From positions 92,780-156,779 of the forward strand of contig JACAEL010000026.1 of NCBI GenBank assembly GCA_013388835.1: 64,000 nt of DNA. Direction: 5' to 3'. This DNA comes from Candidatus Thorarchaeota archaeon. GTDB taxonomy: Archaea; Asgardarchaeota; Thorarchaeia; Thorarchaeales; Thorarchaeaceae. The notes under the pieces are model-generated. The model was not told where the DNA came from, searched no databases, and saw nothing but the letters and a program-made list of their open reading frames with translations. Positions 37,377-46,369 of the stretch are shown piece by piece. The first letter of the stretch is position 1; every line of letters starts with the position of its first letter. Position numbers and translations under genes: made by a program.

Positions 37377-38504
37377 CTAGAACTCGGGCAGTCGCTCGTA
37401 TAGGTGGCAGGCAACCCAATGGCCCGGTTCGACCTCTCTGTACTCTGGCACTTCCTGACGACAGACCTCATCGCAGTACTCGCACCTGGGGTGAAAGACG
37501 CATCCCTTAGGGGGGTTGGTCAGGTCTGGGGGCGAACCCGGGATGCCTCGTATTCTGAGCCCCTTCTGACGTATCCGCCACATCATCTCCATGGAGGGAT
37601 TGCTCATGACGAAAGCCCTGGTGAATGGATGACCGGGTGACTTCAGGACGCGCACGGTGCGGCCGAACTCCACAATCTTTCCCGTTGTCATCACTGCAAC
37701 GCGGTCAGTGACGGCAGCTTGGAGTCCTTGGTCGTTGCTTATCATGAGAAAGGCAAGGCCGACCTTCTTCCGAATGAGGTCAATGGCGTCCATCACACGT
37801 TGTTGAACACCTGGATCGAGTCCTGTTGTTGGTTCGTCTGCAATCATCAGAGAGGGTCTGGTAATGAGAGCCATGGCTATCATCACACGTTGGTCCTCTC
37901 CAACGCTGAAGTCACTTGGCTTGAGGTCCTTTCTCAGGTCCACCTCCGCCAGGTCCACAAGGTCTAGGACCTCCAAGACCCTCCGAAAGACCTCACGCTC
38001 AATCAGTATGTTGTCCTCATCGTGGACCCAGAGAGACTCGGCAGTCTGGATGTTGATGGTGGTGTAGGGGTTCATTGACTTCTTTGTTCCCTGCGGTACG
38101 TATGTGATCTCGTTTCCCCTTATCTTGCGATAGTCCTCCTCGCTCAGAGCAAGCAGGTCTTTTCCCTTGAACCATATGTGACCCTCGACACCAGGGAGTG
38201 TCACTCCGAGATCGGTTGATGACAGACCCTTCCGTCTTGCCTCGTCCCTCATCTCCCAGAGTCGCTTGTTGTGCTCGTCTCCCGACGATGAGGCGTAGTA
38301 CCTCGAGACTTGGTCGAAGATGCCCATTATGGCCAATGCCACAGATGTCTTGCCCGCACCAGACTCTCCGAACAGCCCGACTGACTCACCCTCGCGAATG
38401 TCAAACGACACATCATCGACTGCCCTTACAAGTCCCTTCTTGGATGTATAGTACGCTCTGAGGTGTTCAACTCGAAGAACGGTCTCATCGTCTGCACCAG
38501 ACAT
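37377..38504 (-). CDS. Orphan ABC ATP-binding protein, OppD/F-type; paralog of 36102..37187, in convergent orientation.
   Basis: Walker A GESGAGKTS, signature (FSVGEDQRVMIAMAL), Walker B MIADEPTTGLD, C-terminal GCVFHPRC, same insertion after Walker A. The start was chosen at MSGADDETVLRV; the ORF could extend to 38630. Confidence 0.8.
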   Translation of the reverse strand: MSGADDETVLRVEHLRAYYTSKKGLVRAVDDVSFDIREGESVGLFGESGAGKTSVALAIMGIFDQVSRYYASSSGDEHNKRLWEMRDEARRKGLSSTDLGVTLPGVEGHIWFKGKDLLALSEEDYRKIRGNEITYVPQGTKKSMNPYTTINIQTAESLWVHDEDNILIEREVFRRVLEVLDLVDLAEVDLRKDLKPSDFSVGEDQRVMIAMALITRPSLMIADEPTTGLDPGVQQRVMDAIDLIRKKVGLAFLMISNDQGLQAAVTDRVAVMTTGKIVEFGRTVRVLKSPGHPFTRAFVMSNPSMEMMWRIRQKGLRIRGIPGSPPDLTNPPKGCVFHPRCEYCDEVCRQEVPEYREVEPGHWVACHLYERLPEF

Positions 38505-38719
38505 GCTCCGCTGCTTGGACGTCGAGTAAGAAATATGCTGTGGCTGGCGCATCGCAGGGATTGTGCTGTGGACTTGACTGAACACGAACTGCTGGAGCTC
38601 CCTCGGTGTAGTAGTCTTTCGGCGAGGCAATCCATGCGCCCGTCAGGTCGAGACTGTGTTGAACGGACCACTACCTTAATACTACCGCCACACGGCGAAA
38701 GACGGGCAAGGCACAGTCC

Positions 38720-39994
38720 ATGTCTGATTCTTCCGCTCGACTGCTCCCAGTCTACGTACCATACCTGCTCCAGTCAATGGCGCAGGCCATAAGCTGGCAG
38801 TTCGTTACGTACTTCGTCAAGCACGACCTCGGCGTCGAGTCCTTCCTGCTTCTCACCGTAGTGTGGGCGGTTCCTGCGCTGGTCACAACGGTTGCCGTGA
38901 ACGTGTGGGGGGCGGTTTCCGACCGGATTGGGAGGAAGAAACCATTCATGCTGGTCGGTTTCATCGGATATGCTTCCACATTCCTGTTGTACTCTCAGGT
39001 CACGGACGCTGTCCAGTATCTTGTCGTCGCCTGCTTCGGAGCGCTGATGGGCTCTGCCTCAGTGCCGGTCGGTCAAGCATACGTGACGACAGGGACAGAA
39101 AAGCGGGGTGAACGCCTTGGGTACTTGCTTGTCGTGCAGTCCGCCGGATGGTCCGTCGGAGCATTGTCCAGTGGTGTCTTGTATGACGTGGTCGGAATGC
39201 GCGTCCTCTACGTTGTGGCTGCCTCTCTGGCCATCGTAGCCACGGTGAGCTGTGGGCTGTTCGTCATGGACATGCGTATCCATGTGACCTCGACGGAAGA
39301 GCGTGTCAGGTTCTCAGTAGTGATGAGACGGCCGGGGATGGCCAGACTGACTCTTGCGGCCTCTCTCAGCGCTATCGGGAACAATGCCATTGCCTGCATG
39401 CTGATGATCATGGTTGTCGATGAGCTGGGCGGCACAGAGGGCATGGTTGGCCTTGCCAATGCGCTGGCGACTCTGCTTGCCGTCGTGTTTACAGGTTTCG
39501 TTGGTAAGCTCACCGACCGCAAAGGCCCTGTCAAGGTGCTCGTGATAGCTTACTCATCGTATGTCTGCTTCGCCACGGCATTTGCACTTGCGACGGACCC
39601 GTGGGTGGTCACTGCGCTCTATGCATTGCCAATCTACCCGTTGGCGTCCACCGCCGCATTCGCCTATGCAGCAAGGGTCTCGAAGGAGTCTGAGCGGAGT
39701 ACATCAATGGGACTAGTCAATGGAGCGCAGAACGCAGGGGCGGCACTGGGGCCCATTATCGGTGGTTTGTCTGCAGAGTTCGTCTTCCTTCGTGTGCAGC
39801 CAATCTCGTGGCTGAACATGCTGTTCAACCTGCTTGCACTCCTCTTCGCTCTCTCTCTGTTGAGAGTCTGGGCCGGTCTTCACGCGCAGGACAGGGCCAC
39901 TGACACGCACTCCGTCAGGAGCCCCATCGAGAAGGTGTCAGGCCTAGTCGAGGGGAATGTCTCGTCCGTTGATGAACACACGGACGGGCTTTGA
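38720..39994 (+). CDS. MFS (major facilitator superfamily) transporter.
   Basis: Twelve-helix hydrophobic profile, MFS loop-2/3 motif GAVSDRIGRKKPFMLVGF, and two repeated 6-TM halves. Confidence 0.8.
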   Translation: MSDSSARLLPVYVPYLLQSMAQAISWQFVTYFVKHDLGVESFLLLTVVWAVPALVTTVAVNVWGAVSDRIGRKKPFMLVGFIGYASTFLLYSQVTDAVQYLVVACFGALMGSASVPVGQAYVTTGTEKRGERLGYLLVVQSAGWSVGALSSGVLYDVVGMRVLYVVAASLAIVATVSCGLFVMDMRIHVTSTEERVRFSVVMRRPGMARLTLAASLSAIGNNAIACMLMIMVVDELGGTEGMVGLANALATLLAVVFTGFVGKLTDRKGPVKVLVIAYSSYVCFATAFALATDPWVVTALYALPIYPLASTAAFAYAARVSKESERSTSMGLVNGAQNAGAALGPIIGGLSAEFVFLRVQPISWLNMLFNLLALLFALSLLRVWAGLHAQDRATDTHSVRSPIEKVSGLVEGNVSSVDEHTDGL

Positions 39995-41002
39995 GTAGAA
40001 GTCAAACGGGTCCCCGGACCAGAGGACTATGTCCGCATCCTTTCCAGGCTGAAGAGAACCAACTCTGTCTTGAAGTCCGAGAATCTCCGCCGGGTTGATC
40101 GTCACACACCTCAGTGCCTCTTCATAGCTGAGCCCGTGTTTGATTGCATACATGGGCAAGAGCTGGAAGTGAAGCATCGGAGTGAGCGAGTCGGTCTGCA
40201 GTGCTACCTTGACGCCTGCACGCACCAGCTTGACCGCGGTCTCAAAAGAACGTTCTCTGGTCTCGGGCTTGCTGACCCAGTACATTGTTGGACCTACAAC
40301 TGCTGGAAAGCCTGACTTCGCTATGAAGTCCGCAATCTTGTGCCCCTCTGTGCAGTGGATGAGTACCAGTCGCAGGTGGAACTCATTGGCAACACGAATC
40401 ACTGTGGCAATGTCGTCTGCACGATGTGCGTGCGCATGAAGCGGTATCTCCCTCTTGAGGACCTTGGCGATGGTCTCCAGGCCCAGATTCCGCTTCGGTG
40501 GATTTGGCGGGGTCTCGCCCTTCTCTCTCGCCTCTCTCGCCCTGTCCCCGTACAGTGTCCACTCGTTCAGATAGTCCTGGCCTTCGGTGAGAGTCCTCCT
40601 GAGCAGAGCTGCGACTCCCATCCGGGTTGAAGGTGTGCGCTTCTCGGTGCCATGCACCCTCTTGGGGTTCTCGCCCAGCGCGACCTTCAGCGCAGAGGGA
40701 GCAAGGACGAGCATCTCATCGACGACGCCACTCGGTATGGGCTTGATCACGAACGACTGGCCGCCAATTACATTGCCTGACCCGGGTCCAGTGTTGATGC
40801 ACGTCACCCCTCCCCGGACCACTTCCTTTAGCGACGGTTCGAACGGGTAGAAGGAGTCGATGCCTCGCATGTCCGGCGTGATGGGGGTGGTCATCTCATT
40901 CCCGTCCTCTCCCGCCCAGCCGATAGAGCCATCGAACAGTCCCTGGTGTGTGTGGGCGTCAATGAATCCCGGAGCGACGAACATCCCCTTCCCGTCAATC
41001 AC
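39944..41002 (-). CDS. Amidohydrolase-family metal-dependent hydrolase. Start uncertain: the conserved N-terminus continues upstream to ~41128 without a canonical start codon.
   Basis: PGFIDAHTH(Q) HxH motif, plus the downstream ..HAHA.. and ..DS... metal-ligand regions. The ORF-track start is the GTG at 41002. The upstream in-frame translation IKAIVNATVVCPVRGRITGGTIVFDERIVAVGESTKPPPEAEVIDGKGMFVAPGFID is a typical amidohydrolase N-terminal beta-sandwich, yet contains no ATG/GTG/TTG. The only candidate is an ATT at ~41126-41128, preceded by GGAG. Confidence 0.7.
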   Translation of the reverse strand: MIDGKGMFVAPGFIDAHTHQGLFDGSIGWAGEDGNEMTTPITPDMRGIDSFYPFEPSLKEVVRGGVTCINTGPGSGNVIGGQSFVIKPIPSGVVDEMLVLAPSALKVALGENPKRVHGTEKRTPSTRMGVAALLRRTLTEGQDYLNEWTLYGDRAREAREKGETPPNPPKRNLGLETIAKVLKREIPLHAHAHRADDIATVIRVANEFHLRLVLIHCTEGHKIADFIAKSGFPAVVGPTMYWVSKPETRERSFETAVKLVRAGVKVALQTDSLTPMLHFQLLPMYAIKHGLSYEEALRCVTINPAEILGLQDRVGSLQPGKDADIVLWSGDPFDFYSKPVRVFINGRDIPLD

Positions 41003-41292
41003 TTCGGCTTCTGGTGGCGGCTTGGTACTCTCCCCGACCGCAACAATGCGTTCGTCGAATACTATGGTGCCTCCCGTGATTCTGCCTCTTACAGGGCAGA
41101 CGACTGTCGCATTGACAATGGCTTTAATTCCTCTGTCTCCCTGTGACCAGGGTCTGCCCTAGGAGAAAAGGATTGCGCACAGCATACCGAATCGCTTGAA
41201 TTGGCTGCACATGCCGTCCTAGACTGAGCTGAATGGGAGCGCAGTGTCATCACCACGTGGTCCGACGCTCCGGCTGTTGTCACTGTCATCGA

Positions 41293-42294
41293 CTACATTT
41301 TCTTGGCAATGATGGAGACCAAGTCTGCAAGTCTCTGCGAGTAACCTGCTTCGTTGTCGTACCAAGCCATGACCTTTGCCATGTTGCCAACCACGAAGGT
41401 AGAGAGCGAATCGTAGATGCAAGAGTGAGTATTGCCTATGAAGTCCGAGGAGACGAGTTCCTCGTCAATGTACTGCACAATTCCCTTCATCTTTCCGTCG
41501 GCAGCCCTCTTGAAGGCGTCGTTAACGCTCTGCACCGTGACCTCCTTCTCGAGGTCCACCACTAGGTCCACAAGGGACACGTCCATTACCGGAACGCGGA
41601 TAGCAAGTCCGTCCAGTTTGCCCTTCGCCTTCGGATAGACAAGACCTATCGCCTTTGCTGCTCCCGTCGTCGTGGGCACGATGTTCCAGCATGCAGCCCT
41701 AGCTCTCCTCAGGTCACTGTGCTGCATGTCAAGTATCCGCTGGTCGTTGGTGACAGCGTGTATCGTGGTCATGAGACCGCGCTGGATACCGAATGCCTAA
41801 TCCATTATCTTGACCATAGGAGCCAAGCAGTTTGTCGTGCAAGAGGCGTTGGAGATCATGTGATGCTCTGCAGGTCGGTAGTCGGCATCATTGACACCAA
41901 TGACGACCGTAAACATCTCCCCCTTTGCAGGAGCGCTGAGAACCACCTTCTTTGCCCCAGCAGTGAGGTGCTTCTTGCAGTCCTCGGCCCCACGAAAGAC
42001 CCCCGTCGACTCCACCACTATGTCAACGCCCAAGTCCTTCCACGGCAGCTTTGTGGCATCGCGTTCCATCAGTGCCTTGATCTTCCTTCCGTCAACGACA
42101 ATCTCCCCGGCACCATGAGTCACCGAGCCGTTGAATGTGCCCATCACCGTGTCATACTTGAAGAGGTGGGCCAGTGTCTTTGCATCAGCAAGGTCGTTGA
42201 GTGCAACGACCTCGTACTCCTTCTTTCCAAGCGCAGATCGAAGGAAAAGACGGCCTATTCGACCGAACCCGTTGATTGCCACTCTAACAGTCAT
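41293..42294 (-). pseudogene. gap: Bacterial-type (class I) glyceraldehyde-3-phosphate dehydrogenase gapA, interrupted by a single in-frame TAG at ~41797-41799.
   Basis: The N-terminal half VAINGFGRIGR...SNASCTTNCLAPMVKIMD ends in TAG (TGA is not used here). The same frame then continues AFGIQRGLMTTIHAVTNDQ...RRARAAC.NIVPTTTGAAKAIGLV...WYDNEAGYS. The TAG aligns with a variable D/E/K residue of the conserved KV(I)ND-x-FGI linker. No frameshift and no other lesion is present. Confidence 0.75.
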
Positions 42295-42661
42295 TTGTCA
42301 CTCCACCGAGGCCTCAAGAGACCTGAGGGAGTCGCCGTCAGCTCGGCTATATATCTTCCGAAATCCCGACTCCCTTAGACAGCCGAACGACTCCAGACGA
42401 TAGTGCAGTGTTGGCGATTGGTGAGGTGACTTGCGACTCTCAGTCCGAGGAAGTGACTAGATAGGGCAGTGGTTCGCCAAACTGATGCTCAGGACAGAAC
42501 GAGCCCATGACGGGTGAGTGAGAGTGGCGACAATCAATGTGGGCGAACAGACGGACCCGGTCACTGTCTGGCACGCCCGCAGGCTGCCAGGGGGGATTCG
42601 TCATGGTGCCCTTGGTGGTCGATGCACATTTGTGAACTGTTATTAATGAGGGAGCAGAGAG

Positions 42662-42841
42662 ATGACGAGTGACTCGGGAGGTCACAATATGGGTGATCAT
42701 AGCAACCACATGTGCGACTACTCAAAGCATCACAGCGTCGAAGAGATGAGAGTCCGGGTGAAGGACCCGAAGTGGATCTGTGAGGTCTGCGGACGGACTG
42801 CAAACAACAAAGAGTACCTCTGCAGGCCCGTAGCGCTGTGA
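42662..42841 (+). CDS. Candidate small Cys/His-rich protein (59 aa), below the ORF-track length cutoff.
   Basis: GAGGGA precedes the ATG. Translation is MTSDSGGHNMGDHSNHMCDYSKHHSVEEMRVRVKDPKWICEVCGRTANNKEYLCRPVAL*. It has four Cys including a CxxC, and a His-rich N-terminus. The overlapping antisense ORFs are R/S-rich and look non-coding. Confidence 0.3.
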   Translation: MTSDSGGHNMGDHSNHMCDYSKHHSVEEMRVRVKDPKWICEVCGRTANNKEYLCRPVAL

Positions 42842-42923
42842 ACCAAGAATGGTGGAGAGGTGTCCTCGGAATCCGAAACACCTCTCACCTACTATTCGTA
42901 GACTACTTGCATATCAGCAGAGG

Positions 42924-44525
42924 TCATGGCAGTGGCGGGGTGATTATGCAGTCCTTCTCCCACTCCACCTCAAAGCCATATTCCACTTGGAGTTCCTTTC
43001 CAGGGTCTATTGTGGCTTCCCACTCGAGTACTCCCATCTCGAACTTCTTCTCCGGAAGCGAAGGGGGTGGTTGCAGAGTGACTGTTATCTTCTCGGAGCC
43101 ACTGTAAGGAATCCTATCAACAATGCGAATCTCAGCAGGGTTCTTCGAGAAGTTCTTCAGTTCAAGCCTGTACTTGTAGGCCCGCTTCTTCTTCCCCTTG
43201 GTGATGCCCGCCTTCTCGGTGTCCTTCAGAGCCAGCTTCTTCTCCGCCTTGATGTCATATGCAGTCCGGGTCCCGATTCTGATCTTCTCACGCGGGGCCA
43301 CGAGATTGATGTGGGTCTCGCCGATGAAGTCACCGTTTGCATAGACCCTCACCTTCCCTGGGAGCATCACCGAGTCGCCGTTTGTCACCTCGTCCTGAGC
43401 TACCACTTCCGACATCGCATAGGCGTTCCAGTAGTATAACACCCTTGACACGAAGGTCTCCTCGGTCAGAGTCACTGGATGAGGCTCCCTTCCGGACTCG
43501 ATAGTCACACGACCTGGGACCGCGTAGATGACTGTGCCACCCAGTGATTCGGAGACCGCGGCGAATGACTCCTCGATTTCCGTGGCACTCGTTTCCTGCT
43601 CTTCAGCACGCTCGTACTCGTATGCACCAGCCTCTTCCTTTGCTCCCGACTGAGGCTCCGCCATCCTCTTTCGGTCTCTAAGGGCAAAGGCCTTTGGTAG
43701 CTGTCGCGCCGCCCTCAGCACGTCCACATAGAGTGGTTGGGCCTTCACTGCCTCTACTCGTGTTGCCGAGGCAGTAGACACAGTGAGGGACACATCGTCC
43801 CAGTCCTCGAGCGTGTTGTTCCAGACTGTCGCGATTCTCTTCACACGCGAGGACTTCTCAGACGTGTCAATGTCGTACATTGGTGTCCATCCTGACTGTC
43901 CCAGCTGGTATGTGACCTCAAGCTCGAGGTCCGTCGCACTGCTCGCATTCACTGTGATACTAACATCGGTCAGAGTCTCTGTGCGCCTCTCTCCTTGGAC
44001 TCGGTTCAGGTTCTGCTCGGTCGCCTGAATCGCAGAGGTGACCTCTCTCAACTCCCTCGACAGGTCTCTCAGTCTCTTCTTTGCGTCACGTAGTATCGCC
44101 GTTGTCGCCTTGTCCATCTCAGACAGGTTGTCCATCTTAGACTCTCCAGCAGCATACCATTTGCCGAACTCGGAGGAGAACTGGAGTGACATTGAAGATG
44201 CCCTCTTGACACGTGCTTGCTGTTGCGCGATTGCGTCGTTGATGTCATCTCTTCTGCGCTGCAGTTTGAGGAGTTGGTCTCGCAGCGTCTTGAGTTCTCC
44301 CTCTGGTTCATATGTCCTACTCACATGTTTGACGTCAATACCACGCAGGACTGCATTGCCCTTGCCCTTCACTCTGAACGAGTTCTCTTCAGCATATGCG
44401 CTGATGCCCGAGACCATCAGAATCTGCTCGCCCTCTACTAGCTTTGCCTTTCCCCTCCTTGTGATCCTAGCACCGTCTCTGAAGACCGTGACCTCAGATA
44501 TTCTTGTCTCAATGTTCTGTGTCAA
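42924..44525 (-). CDS. DUF4140/DUF4139-family protein (MuiA-like conserved hypothetical), paralog 1 (533 aa).
   Basis: The N-terminal block ISEVTVFRDGARITRRGKAKLVEGEQILMVSGISAYAEENSFRVKG matches DUF4140. A central coiled coil follows. The C-terminal blocks LEVTYQLGQSGWTPMYDID...EDWDDVSLTVSTASA and VIYAVPGRVTIESGREPHPVTL...GKVRVYANGDFIGETHINLVAPREK match DUF4139. Confidence 0.7.
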   Translation of the reverse strand: MTQNIETRISEVTVFRDGARITRRGKAKLVEGEQILMVSGISAYAEENSFRVKGKGNAVLRGIDVKHVSRTYEPEGELKTLRDQLLKLQRRRDDINDAIAQQQARVKRASSMSLQFSSEFGKWYAAGESKMDNLSEMDKATTAILRDAKKRLRDLSRELREVTSAIQATEQNLNRVQGERRTETLTDVSITVNASSATDLELEVTYQLGQSGWTPMYDIDTSEKSSRVKRIATVWNNTLEDWDDVSLTVSTASATRVEAVKAQPLYVDVLRAARQLPKAFALRDRKRMAEPQSGAKEEAGAYEYERAEEQETSATEIEESFAAVSESLGGTVIYAVPGRVTIESGREPHPVTLTEETFVSRVLYYWNAYAMSEVVAQDEVTNGDSVMLPGKVRVYANGDFIGETHINLVAPREKIRIGTRTAYDIKAEKKLALKDTEKAGITKGKKKRAYKYRLELKNFSKNPAEIRIVDRIPYSGSEKITVTLQPPPSLPEKKFEMGVLEWEATIDPGKELQVEYGFEVEWEKDCIITPPLP

Positions 44526-44539
44526 TACTCACTCATCTC

Positions 44540-46135
44540 CTATACCAGCGGCGGACTGACTGTCACGCCCTTCTCCCAGAATACCTCGTAGCTGTACTCG
44601 ATTGTCTCCTTCTTTCCGATGTCGATGGTCTTCTTCCACTGCATGACTCCAAGTTCATACTTCTCAAGACCTAGCCTCTCCCAGTCGACCTTCACTTCAA
44701 TTGCCGGGTTCAAGCTGTGCGGGACCCGGTCAAAGACTTCTATCTCTATGGGCCGCTTGGAGAAGTTCTCCAGTTCGAGTCGGTAGGTGTAAGACCTTCT
44801 CAGCTTGCCTCGTGTTATCCCCGTCTTCTCAACCTCTCTCGACACCATCTTCTTCTTCGCCTTCACGTCATATGCGAGTCGAGTGCCCATCTTGAACTCC
44901 TCGCGTGGCGATACGAGGGGCATCAAGGACTCTCCGATGTAGTCCCCCTCGGCATACACTTTCACCTTGCCGGGAAGGATCACGCTATCGTTGTTTGTCA
45001 CTAGGTCCTGTGCCACGACCTCGGACATCCCGTCTGCATACCAGTAATGTATGGTCTTGGTGGCTAGCTCCTCCTCTACGAGCGTCACCGGATGGCGGTC
45101 ATCGTCACACGGTATGGTGACAGGCTTCGGGAGCTCGTATACTGACACTCCCGATGCGGCCTCCGATACCTCCGCGAACTCCTCTAGCATCGGCGGCGCG
45201 GGCGGTGGTCGGGCTGCTTCGACTTTGAGTGACGGAGCTGCTATCGGCATGGTCTCCCCTGGCATGGAGGGTGGCATGCCGCCGCCGGTCATGCTCCGAC
45301 TTGGACGTGGAGGTGGAGGAGAGTAGACGTCGATTATGAGTGGAGTGGGCTCGACTGCCTCTACAGGCTGTGCTGTCGCGGATGAGACAACCAGCCCCAC
45401 TCGCTCCCACGGTTCCATCGTCTGGTTGGTCACCATGGCCACCCGTCGTATCTTTGCCTTTGTTGGAAGGAGGTCCACGTCATAGGTAGGAATCCATCCT
45501 GCCTCGTCGCACTGGTACGACACTTCGAGCTCAACTTCGGCTCTCTGAGAGACCTCCAGATTCACCTCGACGTTGTAGGAGACCTTCGTTCGTCTCTGGT
45601 ACTCGTCACGACCAAGGTTCTGTCGTACTACATTCATCTGGTCCTCCAACTCACGCATCTCTCTCTCAATGTCTCTGAGCTTTGACCTTGTCTCCGCAAT
45701 CATCTTCCCCGAGGTCTTGTCCATCTCTGTCAGAGCGGTGATGTCCCCCTCGTTCGCGGCAAACACCATGCCAAAGGTGCCTGCAAACTCGTTGTTCATC
45801 GCTTCGAGTTGGCTCAGTCTGGCTGTGTGGAGTTCGTGGTCGTCCTTGAGCTGCTGATACTGGTCTTGGAGACGCTCGAGTTGGTCCCGGAGTGCCTGAA
45901 TGTCCCCTACGGGTTCATAGACTTCGGTGTGGCGCTTGACATCAATACTTGAGAGTGATGCAGGTCCTCGTCCCTTCACCCTGAAGCTGTCCTCATGTGC
46001 ATACTCGGTTATCCCCATGATCAGTACCTTCTGAGGTCCCGCTTCAAGGGTCCGTTTGCCTACGCGCGTCACGCGGGCTCCATCCCTGAAGACAGTGACA
46101 CGCTTGATCTTCGTTTCCATTTCAGTCAAAGGCAA
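44540..46135 (-). CDS. DUF4140/DUF4139-family protein, paralog 2 (531 aa), with a Pro/Gly-rich linker.
   Basis: Collinear with paralog 1 (KRVTVFRDGARVTRVGKRTLEAG...FRVKGRG; LEVSYQCDEAGWIPTYDVD...EPWERVGLVVSSATA; GKVKVYAEGDYIGESLMPLVSPREE). It lies 14 nt upstream of paralog 1 on the same strand. Confidence 0.7.
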   Translation of the reverse strand: MPLTEMETKIKRVTVFRDGARVTRVGKRTLEAGPQKVLIMGITEYAHEDSFRVKGRGPASLSSIDVKRHTEVYEPVGDIQALRDQLERLQDQYQQLKDDHELHTARLSQLEAMNNEFAGTFGMVFAANEGDITALTEMDKTSGKMIAETRSKLRDIEREMRELEDQMNVVRQNLGRDEYQRRTKVSYNVEVNLEVSQRAEVELEVSYQCDEAGWIPTYDVDLLPTKAKIRRVAMVTNQTMEPWERVGLVVSSATAQPVEAVEPTPLIIDVYSPPPPRPSRSMTGGGMPPSMPGETMPIAAPSLKVEAARPPPAPPMLEEFAEVSEAASGVSVYELPKPVTIPCDDDRHPVTLVEEELATKTIHYWYADGMSEVVAQDLVTNNDSVILPGKVKVYAEGDYIGESLMPLVSPREEFKMGTRLAYDVKAKKKMVSREVEKTGITRGKLRRSYTYRLELENFSKRPIEIEVFDRVPHSLNPAIEVKVDWERLGLEKYELGVMQWKKTIDIGKKETIEYSYEVFWEKGVTVSPPLV

Positions 46136-46369
46136 TCTCCGGTCCTTTCGGTATTCATGTGAGCTTTTATTCTTTCACCATGACAGTCTCTGTTGCGGAA
46201 ACCAGGTCCGGAGTGAGCAGACGCGCCGGCATTACCAGATTCGCATCGAGTATTGAGACTGAGAACCGTCCCCTGCGTCAGTCTCAGCCATGCGATAATG
46301 GTCATGACGACTTATGAAACAGGGTCGTGTGCAGATGAAGACGCCCGAACGCTTTCCAGTCTGCATCCT

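Noticed and set aside
41797-41799. Pyrrolysine (UAG) recoding as the explanation for the in-frame TAG in gapA.
   Set aside because: TAG is used as an ordinary terminator by many genes in this window (ferritin, both giant genes, the SBP, permeases, rubredoxin). No pyl genes are visible. A nonsense mutation or base-call error is more parsimonious. It cannot be excluded without the rest of the genome.
46255-46285. An 8-bp inverted repeat (GAGACTGA…TCAGTCTC) between the membrane-protein gene and DUF4139 paralog 2.
   Set aside because: The loop is long (15 nt) and there is no adjacent T-run on the relevant strand. It is probably not a terminator and may be chance.
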